Source: Lytechinus pictus (lineage: Eukaryota). Taken from it: a stretch of DNA of 64,000 nucleotides. This document shows, piece by piece, positions 1 through 12,743 of this stretch; position 1 is the stretch's first letter, and the number at the start of each line of letters is the position of its first letter. Both the position numbers and the translations under genes were made by a program. Under the pieces are notes generated by a model. It was not told the origin of the DNA and ran no database searches. It worked only from the letters and a program-made list of their open reading frames with translations. The stretch is taken from positions 29,762,001 through 29,826,000 of the forward strand of contig NC_087251.1 of NCBI RefSeq assembly GCF_037042905.1, written 5' to 3'.

Positions 1-752
1 AGGGTTGGATGAGCTGGTGTTCACGACTAAAGAAAATAACACGACATGAATATCACTTTAAATAAAAGAAAATGATAAAAACAACATGAAGAAAAAGAAA
101 GAAGGAACACCAGTCAACTCTAGTCAAGCACTCCACAAACATTGACGCGGCAGAAAGACATAACACCACTTGACCGAATCATTTTGTTTAATCGGGTGTC
201 CTGCCCCTGGGCTATTATTGGCGGGGGAAATTATTTATATTCATAAGTCTGAGAGCGATAATTGCCTTTCCACAATACGTCAAGAAGCAGTGCAATTAAT
301 TCCCATGCCAGCAGTTACGGTGATTTCGAGATGTCTCTCATTCTAGCTTTCACGAAACGGTTTCAAAGAGTTTTTCTTATTCATTTAAGAATAAAATAGT
401 AAGCGATCATTAAAAGGAAATTCTCGCAGTCTTATATTTGTTTGATTTAATCTCTCAGGAAATAATCACCCACGTGTCTTTCATACCAATTTAACGGACA
501 AGGTTTTGAACAATGTCGGTAGTTGTAAAAGATGACAAAAATTGAATAGTGGAATAGGTGAAAAAGGATAGAGATTTTTTCATTTTTATTATCATAGTTA
601 TGTTCAAGATTACAAATCATAACAACTGGCACACATCCTCTTTAAGTCAATTAATAAAATATTCCAAAAGATCTTTGCCATATCTCATGAGGTTTCGAGC
701 TTAATGATGTTTTGGTGTATATACGAGCGCGCGTGTGGGTGTATGTGGGTGC

Positions 753-1831
753 CAGGGGCGTCGATCCATTTTTCAGATTGGGGGGGCAAAATCATGAATC
801 AAGTTCCAAAGGCGCTCGATCACACAAAACAAACAAACTTACCCACACACACACACATACAAACATAGGGCTTTATATATGTATACACACATACACATAT
901 ATATATATATATAGGGGGGTTGCGGGGTGAACACTAACTTGCTATCGAGTTCTGAGGCGGATCAGCTCAATATTAGCCGCAATATGGGTATCTAAATGTC
1001 ATGCAGTAATAATCACCAGGTGTAGTCTTTACTGTACAGAGCTCGTTGATGATATAAATAATATATATATATATATATATACATATTTAAACATGACTAA
1101 TGAGAAAGAGACAAATATCCCACCAACAACTTAATGCGAGCGCGAAGCGCGAGCTGAAATTTTTTAGTATACTGACCTGAAAACAGGAAAAAGGTACCTG
1201 TTTATGACTGTTTGTAGTAACTCGTGAGGAGGACACATATCTCACTGCACAGATAATGCGAGTGCCGAGAGCGAGCTGAAATTTCTTCATATTCTGACCT
1301 AGAAAGCTTGAAATTCAAAGCATTTTCGGTACTAATGATTAAGATGGGTATCTAAAAGAACAATAGATGCGAGCGCGAAGCGCGAGCTGAAACTTTTGAT
1401 ATTATCGAACTGAAAAAAATGACAGTTTAAAGGACGTTTTTAATAAAGAACAAGATATATATCCAACAAAAGATTATTGCAAATCGAAGCGGGAGTTCTT
1501 TTGAGGTTTAGAACTGAAAACGGGACATTCTGTTCACCTATTTAATCATGAAAAGTATGGGTTTTGCTACAGAAATAATGCGAGCGCGTAGCGCGAGCTA
1601 AAAATTGTTATATTCCATCCTTAAAAGAGGACATTTTTAGCACGATTTTAAATAAAGAACGAGTTGTCTATCTCAATCTCGCTTGCTGATTTCTATGTAA
1701 CATTACAATCTTATTTTATTTGTGCACATGCGGAATTATTGGGGGGGGGGGCAAAACGATATGTTTGCCCCCCCCCCCAATATTTTGATTGGTGGGGCAA
1801 TCGCCCCCCCCCCCCAGGATCGACGCCTCTG
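753..1831. mobile_element. ~1.1-kb non-autonomous hAT-like element (family A, copy 1)
   Basis: TIR CAGGGGCGTCGATCC / GGATCGACGCCTCTG; perfect 8-bp TSD GTGGGTGC; internal ~110-120-bp subrepeats; homologous to 32938 and 44141. Confidence 0.92.
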
Positions 1832-1874
1832 GTGGGTGCTGGGTTGTGTGTGAGAGTGTGTGGGTGTGTGTGTG

Positions 1875-3485
1875 CAGGAACGACGGAAGGAATTTGAAAG
1901 AGGTACGGTATTGTTTGAAATTCATGAACATGATGCGTATCTCACTAGACTAAAAAATAATACTGCGAGCACAGACACAAATCCAAGTTTTTGGATACAT
2001 TGACCTGAGAAGGGATTTTTTTGTGTGGACTATTTGCAAAATCGTAAAATTATCAGCCTGCTATATACGCATCTCACTCAACTGATAATGCTAACGCAAA
2101 GAGCGTGCTATTCTTATCTATAAACATTGACCTGAAAGGGGGCACTTTGTAATAGAGAGCATGAAACGTATCTCTGGAACATGCCAAATTTAACATGATA
2201 GATAGCGCGCGCTAAAATGTGGTGGTCCAGTGGTTAGAGCATTGGACTCATAATCGCAAGGTTGTGAGTTCGAATCCCTACTCTGCCATTGTCTCCACTT
2301 TGATAAAAAAAGGCCTGAGAGTAATATCTGTCGTCAATAAGGTCAGCCGCTATGACAGATTAACCTAGACGTAAAATGTTTTCTAGGTAATTGGTTATAT
2401 ACCAGCTTGGCGTTTACCATCAAAACACTGTCCTGCAGAGTTTCTACGGGAGTTACCATAAACAGAAAGAGAAATAGAAATGTGTGATATGTTGATCTGC
2501 AAACGGGACATTATATTAAACACATTTTGTTATCGTGAACATGAAACATGTCATTTCATTAAATTGTGATATATTGACCCGAAAGGAATATTTTATCTAT
2601 TTTATTATTATGATTATTATCATTGTTATGTTTATTATTATACCGGGCACGTGTTAAAGAAATGGGAGCGCATCGTGAACTGAAATATTTGATATAATGA
2701 CCTGAAAAAGGTACATTTATAGAATCTTTCAAGAAATTTATAAACATGGTATGGATCCCCAGGAATGCAAGCGCGAAGCGTGAGCAAAATATATATACTG
2801 ATCTGAAACTGGACATTTTAAGCACATTTCGTAATCGTGAACAGAAAAACAAATCTTAAAGGACATAACCCATTTGACAACAACATTGCGAGTGCTGAAA
2901 CAATATGGTTTGTTAGTTTGGTCTATGACTTGAATACAATGAAGCAATTTTATTGTTTATTTCATTAAAAATCATAAAAATATACAACAAAAAAAAACAT
3001 TTGTAGTGGAGGATATTCCATTTCAGTGACATTTACAAAAATATCAGTTCTACCATTGAGCCGTGGTTAAAAGAAAATAACTTCATCATGTAAGATTTGA
3101 ACATTGAATGGCTTCATGCTATTCTGCAACAGATATCAATTTCAATTCAATCATTAATTTTGTCCAATAACGAAGGGGTGGAAAAAAACACATTTAGGGG
3201 ATTAATCAAAGCCATATAAGATAAAAATGAATTACAAAGACGTGAGAAGTTGTTCTCAATATAGTACAGTCAGGAAAAAAACGGTATTCACACGATACCA
3301 CCAATCGCCTCTCTTCTTTCCTGTTCTTTCGTTTTTCCTATTTTTGTCTCTTGTTTATTGTTTTTTCTTTATCAATCTTTCTCTCTTTCGCTCTCTCTCT
3401 CTCTCTTTCCCTTTTTCTTTTCCATCATTTTTTTAAAACTTCGTATTATTCAGGAAAATATGTGATAGTGTCTCCGACGGGCCTG
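1875..3485. mobile_element. Older hAT-like relative of family A, containing a SINE
   Basis: Degenerate GCGAGCGCGAAGCGCGAGC-type subrepeats; imperfect CAGG..CGGA / TCCG..CCTG ends; flanks TGTGTGTG / TGTGTGGG. Confidence 0.5.
2222..2477 (+). mobile_element. tRNA-derived SINE
   Basis: A box TGGTCCAGTGG, B box GTTCGAATCC, CAT anticodon-like loop, unrelated body; TSD AAATGTG (2215-2221 / 2478-2484). Confidence 0.85.
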
Positions 3486-3705
3486 TGTGTGGGGGGGGGG
3501 GTATACATGTGCAGGAAATGCACCATTTGCTCAGGGGTGATTGCCCTTGCCTTTGTGGTGCCTCACGGAATGGGAATAAAGAATAAGGGGAGAAATTTGA
3601 AAATAGGAATAAGGAAGACAAGATATATTTTTTAAAGGTGTAACCATTTTTTTTCAAATCATGTTTAGGTCAAATTATACCACTATTGGATTTATTATGT
3701 GGCAT

Positions 3706-3970
3706 CAGGGGCGGAAATCTCTCCCAAAAGGTAGGGGGACAAGGGGCTGAAAAATTTGACAAGCAAAAAAAAAAAAAAAAAAAAAGGGTTATCATCCCAA
3801 CAGTAAGGTCATCTCGTCCTAAAATACATGTTTTATTTCGTTTTTCAATGATGTATTTCTTACCATCATAAAAGACCACAGATAGTAGGGGGGACATTTA
3901 TTGTGTCCCCCCTACTATTTTGATTAGGGGGGACACGTCCCCCCTGTCCCCCCTGGGATTTCCGCCCATG
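3706..3970. mobile_element. 265-bp hAT-like MITE
   Basis: TSD TGTGGCAT on both sides; TIR CAGGGGCGGAAATC / GATTTCCGCCCATG. Confidence 0.9.
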
Positions 3971-5339
3971 TGTGGCATCACCCTTGTGCATTAGTTTGGG
4001 TTTCAAAGGCGTGCGCTAATGTGTGTCGCTGTGTGACGGAGCATACGTATTTGTACATCTGACTTTGTATGCATTAATATTTAGGCCTACATTATATTTT
4101 TCTTTCCTTTTTCTTCCCTTTTCTACATTTTATTACATGGTATTTTATGAATTGCAATCTCACAAGAAAGTAAAGAAAGGTGGTTCATCCGTTTGTCATG
4201 CAATGTTTTTGTGCCTTCTGGCTTCCATTAACAAGAATCACATGAACTATTATCATCTAAACAGTATCTTACGCTTAAATATTATCTTTTAAAATATGAC
4301 TCAGACAACTTGATTGTCTTTGTAATTGGTGCAATTATTTGACCGTGAAAAGTGAACGAATGGTATTATTACTTCATCTTTTGCACCAATCTTCCAAACA
4401 GCCTTTCTCCATAATTGTGCTTTAAAACACCTTTCTTACAGGCATCATTTAAGCATGCATTCCAAATATGAAAACCGAGATTCTTTAATGGCCATTAAAT
4501 AGGTCATTTCTTTGGTACCACTAAAATTAAGATGAAATAGTACACGTCTGCACCGAAGCAAAAATACCATTATTTCAATTGATTTCACAAGGTCAAAATA
4601 CGCAGAAAATCAATAGAAAAATGGATTGGCGCGCCATTATCAGAACGCACCGATGTCATGCACACAGAGTGAAAGTACTTTAAGGAAATACGTCTTATTT
4701 AAAGTATAACGGGGTGTGTATCTACGAAGACATGGTAGAAGTATGGTATGGTGTTCCCCTGCAACTTTGATGCCTCTTTTTCCTAACTATATTTTTCATA
4801 ATAAATGACAGAGGTTTTCTTTTAGTATGAATCATGCAATCGCAATCGATCACAATTTATGAAACTCATATAGTCTGAGTTATCATCATGTTACATCAGC
4901 CAAAAATATAACGAGAGTTCAATGCTTCAGCCATTTTAATTGACATAAGAGTTAGTCAAATTATATAGACCAGACAATTTTGATACTTTTGTAAAAGGAA
5001 ATGCAATCGAAAATCATGAATTACTTTGTCGCCATTATATCATGGAATCTTTGTCACTAGGAATTTTCATTTGCTCCATCCGACATCTTAGAATGCTGAT
5101 TTAATTTTCATTTCAAAACTTTGATTAATCCATTGTGACTTATTCTCACTTTTGAAAACTGTAAAAGAATATTATAGCCCAAATATTTTGCCCTGTAAAA
5201 CCAAAGAGTTTTTTGTATATTATCCTACGCTTCATGGTCTATTTCATCAGACCCTTTTGTCCACTATAAACGCCTAATAATATCCATTTACGATGTGAAT
5301 TACAGCTACATTCCCTAGCAGACGACAAGACAGACGTCC

Positions 5340-5880
5340 TCCTTACAATGCGCGCGCACCTCCTCGTCAACAGGAATAAAATTCTACGTCACTGGTATTT
5401 CATCCAATCAGCCGTCTCGATACGAAAACGTTGGCTGTGCGAATCCGTCTCGGTTGATTTGTTAGGTAAGGCTGATTGACACTGGTCGAAAGAAAGAATG
5501 GTAGCGGGGAGCCAGACTTTTGGGTGGGCTACTCTTTTATTCAACTTCAAACGCAATCATTAGCAAGCGATTAGACAATAGCTAATTACTTTCAAGTAGC
5601 AACAAACACCAATGCTACTCGTGCATTGTCCCGCCCCACAGTTACACTCGCTAATCGGAAACTTTGGAGAAAGGGGTGTTGACGATTACTTTGGAGTAGG
5701 CTACTTGGAGTCGAGGAGCTAAAGGATTGATGTGTGACTCAAAGACGGAGGGGGTTGTCATTAGAAGATTCCTCCACTCATCTAGAAATAGCTTCCCTGC
5801 CGCGAGACCACAATACCATTCCTCTTTCGATCACTCGCTATATAAATCATCTCAACTCGATGAGGTAGTGATTCTTTCTC
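5340..5880 (+). promoter_or_regulatory. Candidate Vsx proximal promoter
   Basis: TATATAAA at 5839-5846 (~390 bp above the ATG), CCAAT near 5404, GC-box-like CCCGCCCC near 5630, several TAAT cores; locally higher GC and no recognisable repeats. Confidence 0.45.
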
Positions 5881-6233
5881 CTCAGAGTTGTCCCAGCTAC
5901 CACTCTTGCCATATCTTCACCACTATCTCTAAGAATTCCACTTCCGGATTTCCAGATTTGGCAGTTATTACGATTCTTTAATCGAGTGTTTTATCTTGGC
6001 TTTTGTTGAGTTGTTGTCGAAACACACACAGCTGGACACCTTCTTTAACATGTTTACATCTTATGTCGAAAGGAAGAGAGGGCAGTTATTATCCCAGTGA
6101 TTCTTGATCATTTCGTATGATAAGCTCTATCTTTTCATTTCATTAGAAATGTCGAATCTGTGAATCTTTAATCAATTTCTTGAAAGTAAGTAAAACTGAA
6201 ACCCTGATACAGTGACTATAAGGGACTGTCACA

Positions 6234-6669
6234 ATGACAGGCGAAACGCTGACTTCGTCGACATCATCGATTACGCTACCAAGTAGTCATGGTCCACCTC
6301 GATTATCCGTACCCGCGGCGACGTCGCCTATTCATGGCACATCTCCTGGTCATCAGAGATCATCTTTCGCCATCCATGAACTCCTTGGGCTTGGTCGCCA
6401 GGAGCAGCCGAAATCGCGGGAAATCATCCCATCACGACCGCTCATCTCCCCGCTGATGGCGGCAGCGGCAGCCAGTCATCCTGCCATGGCCAGTGTGGCG
6501 TCGTGCATACCCGGGTTTCATCCGTCCACCGCCTCGCTTTACTTCGCTGCCGCCAAGGCTTCGGTGGGCTACGACCACGCTGCCCTGGCTGCCTTAGCCA
6601 TGCACAGTAGTTTCATACAACAAGCAAGAAGTCCAACTGGTCTACCCCCTTTGGCAGACTCGAGAAACG
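6234..6669 (+). CDS. Vsx: Vsx coding exon 1 (eh1/octapeptide, Ala/Pro/Ser-rich)
   Basis: ATG at 6234; [12 protein letters not shown] motif; donor G|GTAAG at 6670, phase 1. Confidence 0.92.
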
Positions 6670-9600
6670 GTAAGACAAACTCCAAAATGATTACAAATAG
6701 ATAGTCTATAAATTAACCGGTTTAAATTCCATAAAAAGTTACGTTTCTAAATCTCAACATACTTTATGTCACTGCAATCATGTTAAATTGTTCAAATAAC
6801 AGGACAAAAAAAACATTGTTTACAGTTAAAAGAATATTAATTGATTAATCGAGAAGAAAAATACTGAAATATTTCCTTGCTTAACTGTCAAAGATCTCTG
6901 TATCATCTTGCAAGTTTGTCTCCCCGATGCCGATGGTGAAAACATGATCTGTTATGTTTTATTCAGTTTACAGTGGTTGACGATGATAAAATATGTTGGT
7001 TTAAAAAGGCTTTATATTATATCATTACAATTGTTTATACTTTCGCTTAGGGATTGTTATTAACATACGATAATGAATATATTAGATATTATTAATGAAA
7101 AAATACTCCAATTAATATTCCACATCAAACGATAAAGACACTGACAATTTTTTTAATGAAATCATATTCATATTTTAAATAACACAGTTTCAAATGTGAA
7201 TGGCTTAAAGATAATACTATTATCAGTGCGAAAGACTCATGTTGTATTTTTTTTTCTATAGTCATATAGAAAGGTAAAGGCAATGCCATCTTCTACCTTC
7301 TTTGATATAAGACTCTCTCGGGATTGGCAAAACGTTGCCATAGTAACGGTTATAGGGAGAAATGATAATAACATGATTCACACTGCCATAATTCTGAAAT
7401 ATACTGCAAATTATTCTAGAATGTTTTATCGGAACAATAATTGTTATAAAAGAATAGTCACAACAATGGAAACATCGTGTAGATCTTATAGGAAACTTTC
7501 TTGTGCATGGCCGTTTCAATGAGACATTATTTCAGGTGTCAATGTTGTTTCCTTAATACAATAAAAACATTACTTAATGCAACAAATAGCTTTGTTACTG
7601 GAAGAACTTGTTCTTCACATTGGAAATCTGTAAATCGTTACCATACACCGAAAAATCGTATAGGATTATTTGAAACATTCTGTGTGGGAAAATGTCAAAT
7701 TTTACAATTCCTTTATTGCTTCATAACTGAAACTTCTTGAAATTAATTTAGGGTTTACAATAGATTCTAGGATTGTTATTATTTTGTAGCATCAATACAT
7801 GTTTATGAAACATCGGTCGAAAGGATACCTGTTATACCCTTCTTCGTAAGTGGTCGAATATTGTCCCATTATTTTTATGAAATTCTCTTTTAAACTTTTT
7901 TTTCTTTCAAATGAATTTGTTTAATGCATGTTACGATTATGATTTTTACAATTGTTGTTCCTTTGAAAATGCCCAAAAAAGCGTAAATTGATTCATTTAT
8001 TTATTCGTTCCTTTATTTACAAATTCTTGATTTATTTTATTATTGATTGACTTATTTATTTACCATTTGTTATTACTAAATCGGCATTATCAGTAATTCT
8101 ATTGATTTGTTTTCCACACGTGGAATCTATCTTTTGTGGTTTCATATTTATGGGATCATGCATCGCAGTTATATTCTAGGGGTCCATGATATTTCGTCGT
8201 GTTTATACCATATAAAAAGCAATATTTTACAAGGAAAAATAAAGTAAGAGACTGTGGTAAACACGATTGGGTTTATTCAGAAAAGAAAGTTAAGCCCTCA
8301 TTAGTGCTTGCTTATCATCTATCTTACTTATTTTTTTATGCATTTTTAGTTGTTTATGATTACATTCCTTTATATCCCATCGCGTCTCAAATACAGATTG
8401 GTCTCTGTCTTACAGCGATTTGCGAATGATCCGATTAAACGTAACTATATGGAAATCCATATCTGTATTTTTTTTTCCTTCAGGAAATTTGCAAAACCTC
8501 CCTTGTAAACAAGCACATCGAATTGTCAAGATAATGGTGAATGTATAGGTATACTTCATATCTGGAGAATTTTTTGAATAAATTTGCATGTTATATGTTG
8601 ACGTTGCTGGCTTTCCATAGTGTGTGGTTAATCAGAACAATCACATATCTTTTTAAGTCAGGGCCCAGGGATAAGATAAAGAGAGATACACTTTGATACT
8701 AACGTTTATATAAAGTTTGTCAATGACTTACTGTGACGACAAATTGAGAAATTGATTGTTTCTTTTTACGTTGCATGGCTCTGGGTCCTATGTTGTATAA
8801 CTGAAACAATTATTTTTAATATAGATCTGTCAGTTTCTTGTATTACTGTGGGTCTTTGGGTGCAATTATTGCAATGTGTTGTATTTAGACTTGGCTCTCG
8901 TTTCATAAAAGTTACTATTATTGTAACTTTGCCATCCTGTCATCCAATGGTAGCTCTCCGGGAATCCTTGATTTTGATTGGCTGTAGAGAATGGTTGCCA
9001 TGGAAGTGACAAGGATAGCTACGTTAGTATCTTTTCTGCAGCGAGGCCGAAATCTTAGATTTTGATGCACTTGACTTAACAAGAAATATATTGACCAAAT
9101 GACTATTTTAATGGACAACTTAAAAAAAAGGTATTTGGATAGAAGGAGAGAGAGAGAGAGAAACGGGGCGGGGGAAATGATTAGGGACGGATGGGGGCAG
9201 AGGGACATGTAAATGATACACTGCAAAAACTCCGGTGTTGATTTAACACCAGCCCGGAATCTATATAATGTCCACACCAGAGAAGTGTTAAACAACACCA
9301 GTTTCGTTTTGGTTTAACACCAGAAAGGTGTTTGTACAACACCAATTAGTATTAAAACAGTTTTGATTCCAAACTGGTGTTGTTTCAATACTTCTCTGGT
9401 GTGGACATAGATTCCGGGTTGGTGTTAAATCAACACCGGAGACTTTGCAGTGTAATTATACTTATTAAGAGACCATGCAAACGGACTCTTATTTTCATGA
9501 CTTTAAGATATACCAATCATAATGGTCATAGGCCCCAGTTATTTTTTTTTCTTCAAATTTAGTTTTGATAATTTACGGTAAAGGATTTATCAAAACAAAT

Positions 9601-12573
9601 TCAAATATAGCAATTTTCATTGTCACAAGCCATCGACTGGAAGTAAATAATAACGATAAGTGTTATTTTTTTCTCACAAAGTATAAAGCTACAAAATACC
9701 CGAAAAGACTAAATATATATTATATACAAAATCAAAATCCGTCATTAGTACATTAATTTGCTTACGTACTTTGAAAACAGGGATTTACACTTCGAATTCT
9801 CTTGTCAATCAAGATAACTCCCGGGAGAGAGTTGGAACTATTTAAGTCGCATAATACTTTAAGGACAATACTTCAAGAAATGGTAAAGCTTTCGTGGTAT
9901 AAAGTAGTTTGTAGACTGGGATTGGAATAATCTAGCACTAATTCAATCAACGCATTCATTCCGCCTCTAACATTGACTGCTATCATAGAAATCAAATTGT
10001 AACGATAGGCAAAGGACTAATTTTCAGCTTTTTGCACCAAGTGCTTATTATAGGGAAACATGATTCTCCCATGATATGCATTAGTACGACTGAAATGCAG
10101 TACAACATTAAAAAAAAAATCTTTGAAAGCCCTTCCCCACAAAATCACGAGAAGGTTTTAATTGTATTTTTTCCTTTAGAATACGATTTGAAAAGTGTTG
10201 TAGCATACTCTAATTGATTGCCATGTTGAGGATTAGCTAGGGGATTTCATGTGGATGTATTGTGACAGATTGAGTAAGGCATATCGGTTATTAGCGTTTA
10301 AACAATAGAAGCCCTGCAGTGATAATAATTGTTAGTACGAGCTTTTTCAATTTGCTTCTAATCTCCAGGGTATTACGTGTGCAAACAAAACCTTTACATA
10401 ATTTCTTGCATTTTCTTCATCATCTCTCGGTATTATTGAAATCGTATTCGTCCAGTGTAACCGCATTTTTTTTTCACTCATGGGTCAACCAGAGAAAGAA
10501 AATAAAAACAGCACTGCGAAACCAACTCAGTTTTCTGGAAAGGAAATTTCCTCATTTACTTGATATTTTCTCATTAATCTTGGTGTGCTTTAGTGCGCTG
10601 AACTTGGAATATGTGGGAAGTATTGTGTGGTGCTGACTAAGATTTGAGGAAGGAGTCACCAGCGTTGGGGGTTGATTGGAGAAAGGAGGGGGGAGGGTGT
10701 GTATTAGAGGGTGCTTTATTAGATTGGGATGCTAAGAGATGAGAACGAATCGTCGATTCTTAGGCCAATCATGAGATGAAATTGCCTTAGTGGGTGAATG
10801 TTAGAACGGTATTATGGTAGAGTAACAATACAGCAGGCAATTAGTAAATGAGTAAACCAATCCAATTCGAATGCCATGGACATGGTCTGTATTTTTCACT
10901 CTTTTTCTCTTCTTCGGATCTCTATTTTGAAATTGAAGATTGCAGCGTAACAGCATAAAATCATAAAATTATTTTCCTTGTAAACGTGAAAAGGAAGGTG
11001 TATATTGAATGAAATAGTATATTTTGGGGGATTTCATGAATTCACATTTCTATTGACCCACTGCCTCCTCTATCCCTTTTATCTCCCCCCTCTCTCCCTT
11101 AACTGTTTCCCCCTTTTATTTCCTAAGATTTTCTTTGATTTGTTGAACAATTTACACAATGAGCTAGTGATTATAATGACTTCTTGTCATGACTATAATT
11201 ATATGGCGTAATCTGACATTCATTATCCATTTTAATATTCCATTTCGCGTCGTAAAATACATGTAAAATAATTCTACCCAAACTAACAGTTAGCAGTTAG
11301 CAAAGACTGAATGTGAATGAAGGGATCAAAACTTCTATTCGATATTCCAATACTTCGTGTAAGAAATCGTCTAAAATTCTTAAATGGTCAAGGGAGATAA
11401 TTTTTGTTCAACAGTTGGACCTTGTTCCATATTTGCTTAAAATTACCACCACAAAACCATAAAACAATTTTCGATCGACAAGAGGCTTGATCTCGGAATA
11501 ATTAGTTTGAAAGTACAAGAATCACTTCCCAATCATCTTGACCTTCTCCACCCACCCCATCCTCCTTTGAATGATGGATGTGTCAAAGGTCATCCATCAT
11601 TGGGGGTACTTAAGTGCGCAATTTTGTTTTACCACCTATGTTGTGGACGTTCGATGTTATATGTGAACATTGCAGAAGTTGACAATGACGCCGTTAGAAC
11701 TAAACATCCCCGAGGGAACACACCGATCATATTTTCGTCACCCTTGCCACTCAATTTTGCTCATGCATGTAACCACAACCATAATCTTTAGTGTTTATCT
11801 TGTCAACTTTCAGGCAAATATTCTGAAATCCAACTCTCTCTATGGTATTTATCTAATTTCAATCATTTGATAAATTGGTATAAAAGTGGTTGTTGAATAA
11901 AGCCGGTAAAGATTTTTTTCGCTAAGATCTCATTTCCAGTAGACCCTTAACAAGAAATAACTGGAGGTAAATAGACCTGTACTGACCACCAGAAAGTGCT
12001 GAAAACATGGAAAAGGTTCATTTCCTTCTTGCTGACATGGTGATGACCGGAAATAACGTTATTTACTACACTGATGGTAATTCACCTATCAGATATGTAT
12101 TTCAACAAAACCATTTGAAAATGACCGGACGATGCGCCAAGTGAAAATGCATTTTATTCATCGAAAAAGAAACACTATCGTAATATCTATACCGAACACA
12201 CGTCAGTGCCTGAAGCACTTGTCATCCTGAAATATTCTCACTGATGATAAATAATATGATATAGATATATATAATATATTACCATCTTATTGACTTCCTT
12301 GACATCTTTTTCGTTGTTGATTGTTTCCCAAGAATCATACCGCACTGTATGTCAATAACACACTGGTCAGATATTAATTCCATTTGATCATCAGTCAATT
12401 TTATGTCTACCTTATAGAAAATGATTACACAAAGACTAGTTTGTGAGTTCAGAGTGTAAGTTAGTATTGTAGTATAATTTTCTCTTAGCCTGAACATGGG
12501 ACACTGTCCTCGAAAATGTCGACTTCCGGATGTTTTTGGAAGCACCAGTGCTTGTAAATCGTGCAATATATAC

Positions 12574-12647
<74 letters not shown>

Positions 12648-12711
12648 GTGAAAGAAATGGATGAATAGAACAATGGTAGGCGTAGCTTAAATCAAGGTTC
12701 CCCAGAGCTAT

Positions 12712-12743
<32 letters not shown>

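Noticed and set aside
2222..2288. tRNA-Met gene
   Set aside because: The 5' acceptor strand is missing; it continues into a ~190-bp body and is flanked by a TSD, so it is a SINE head
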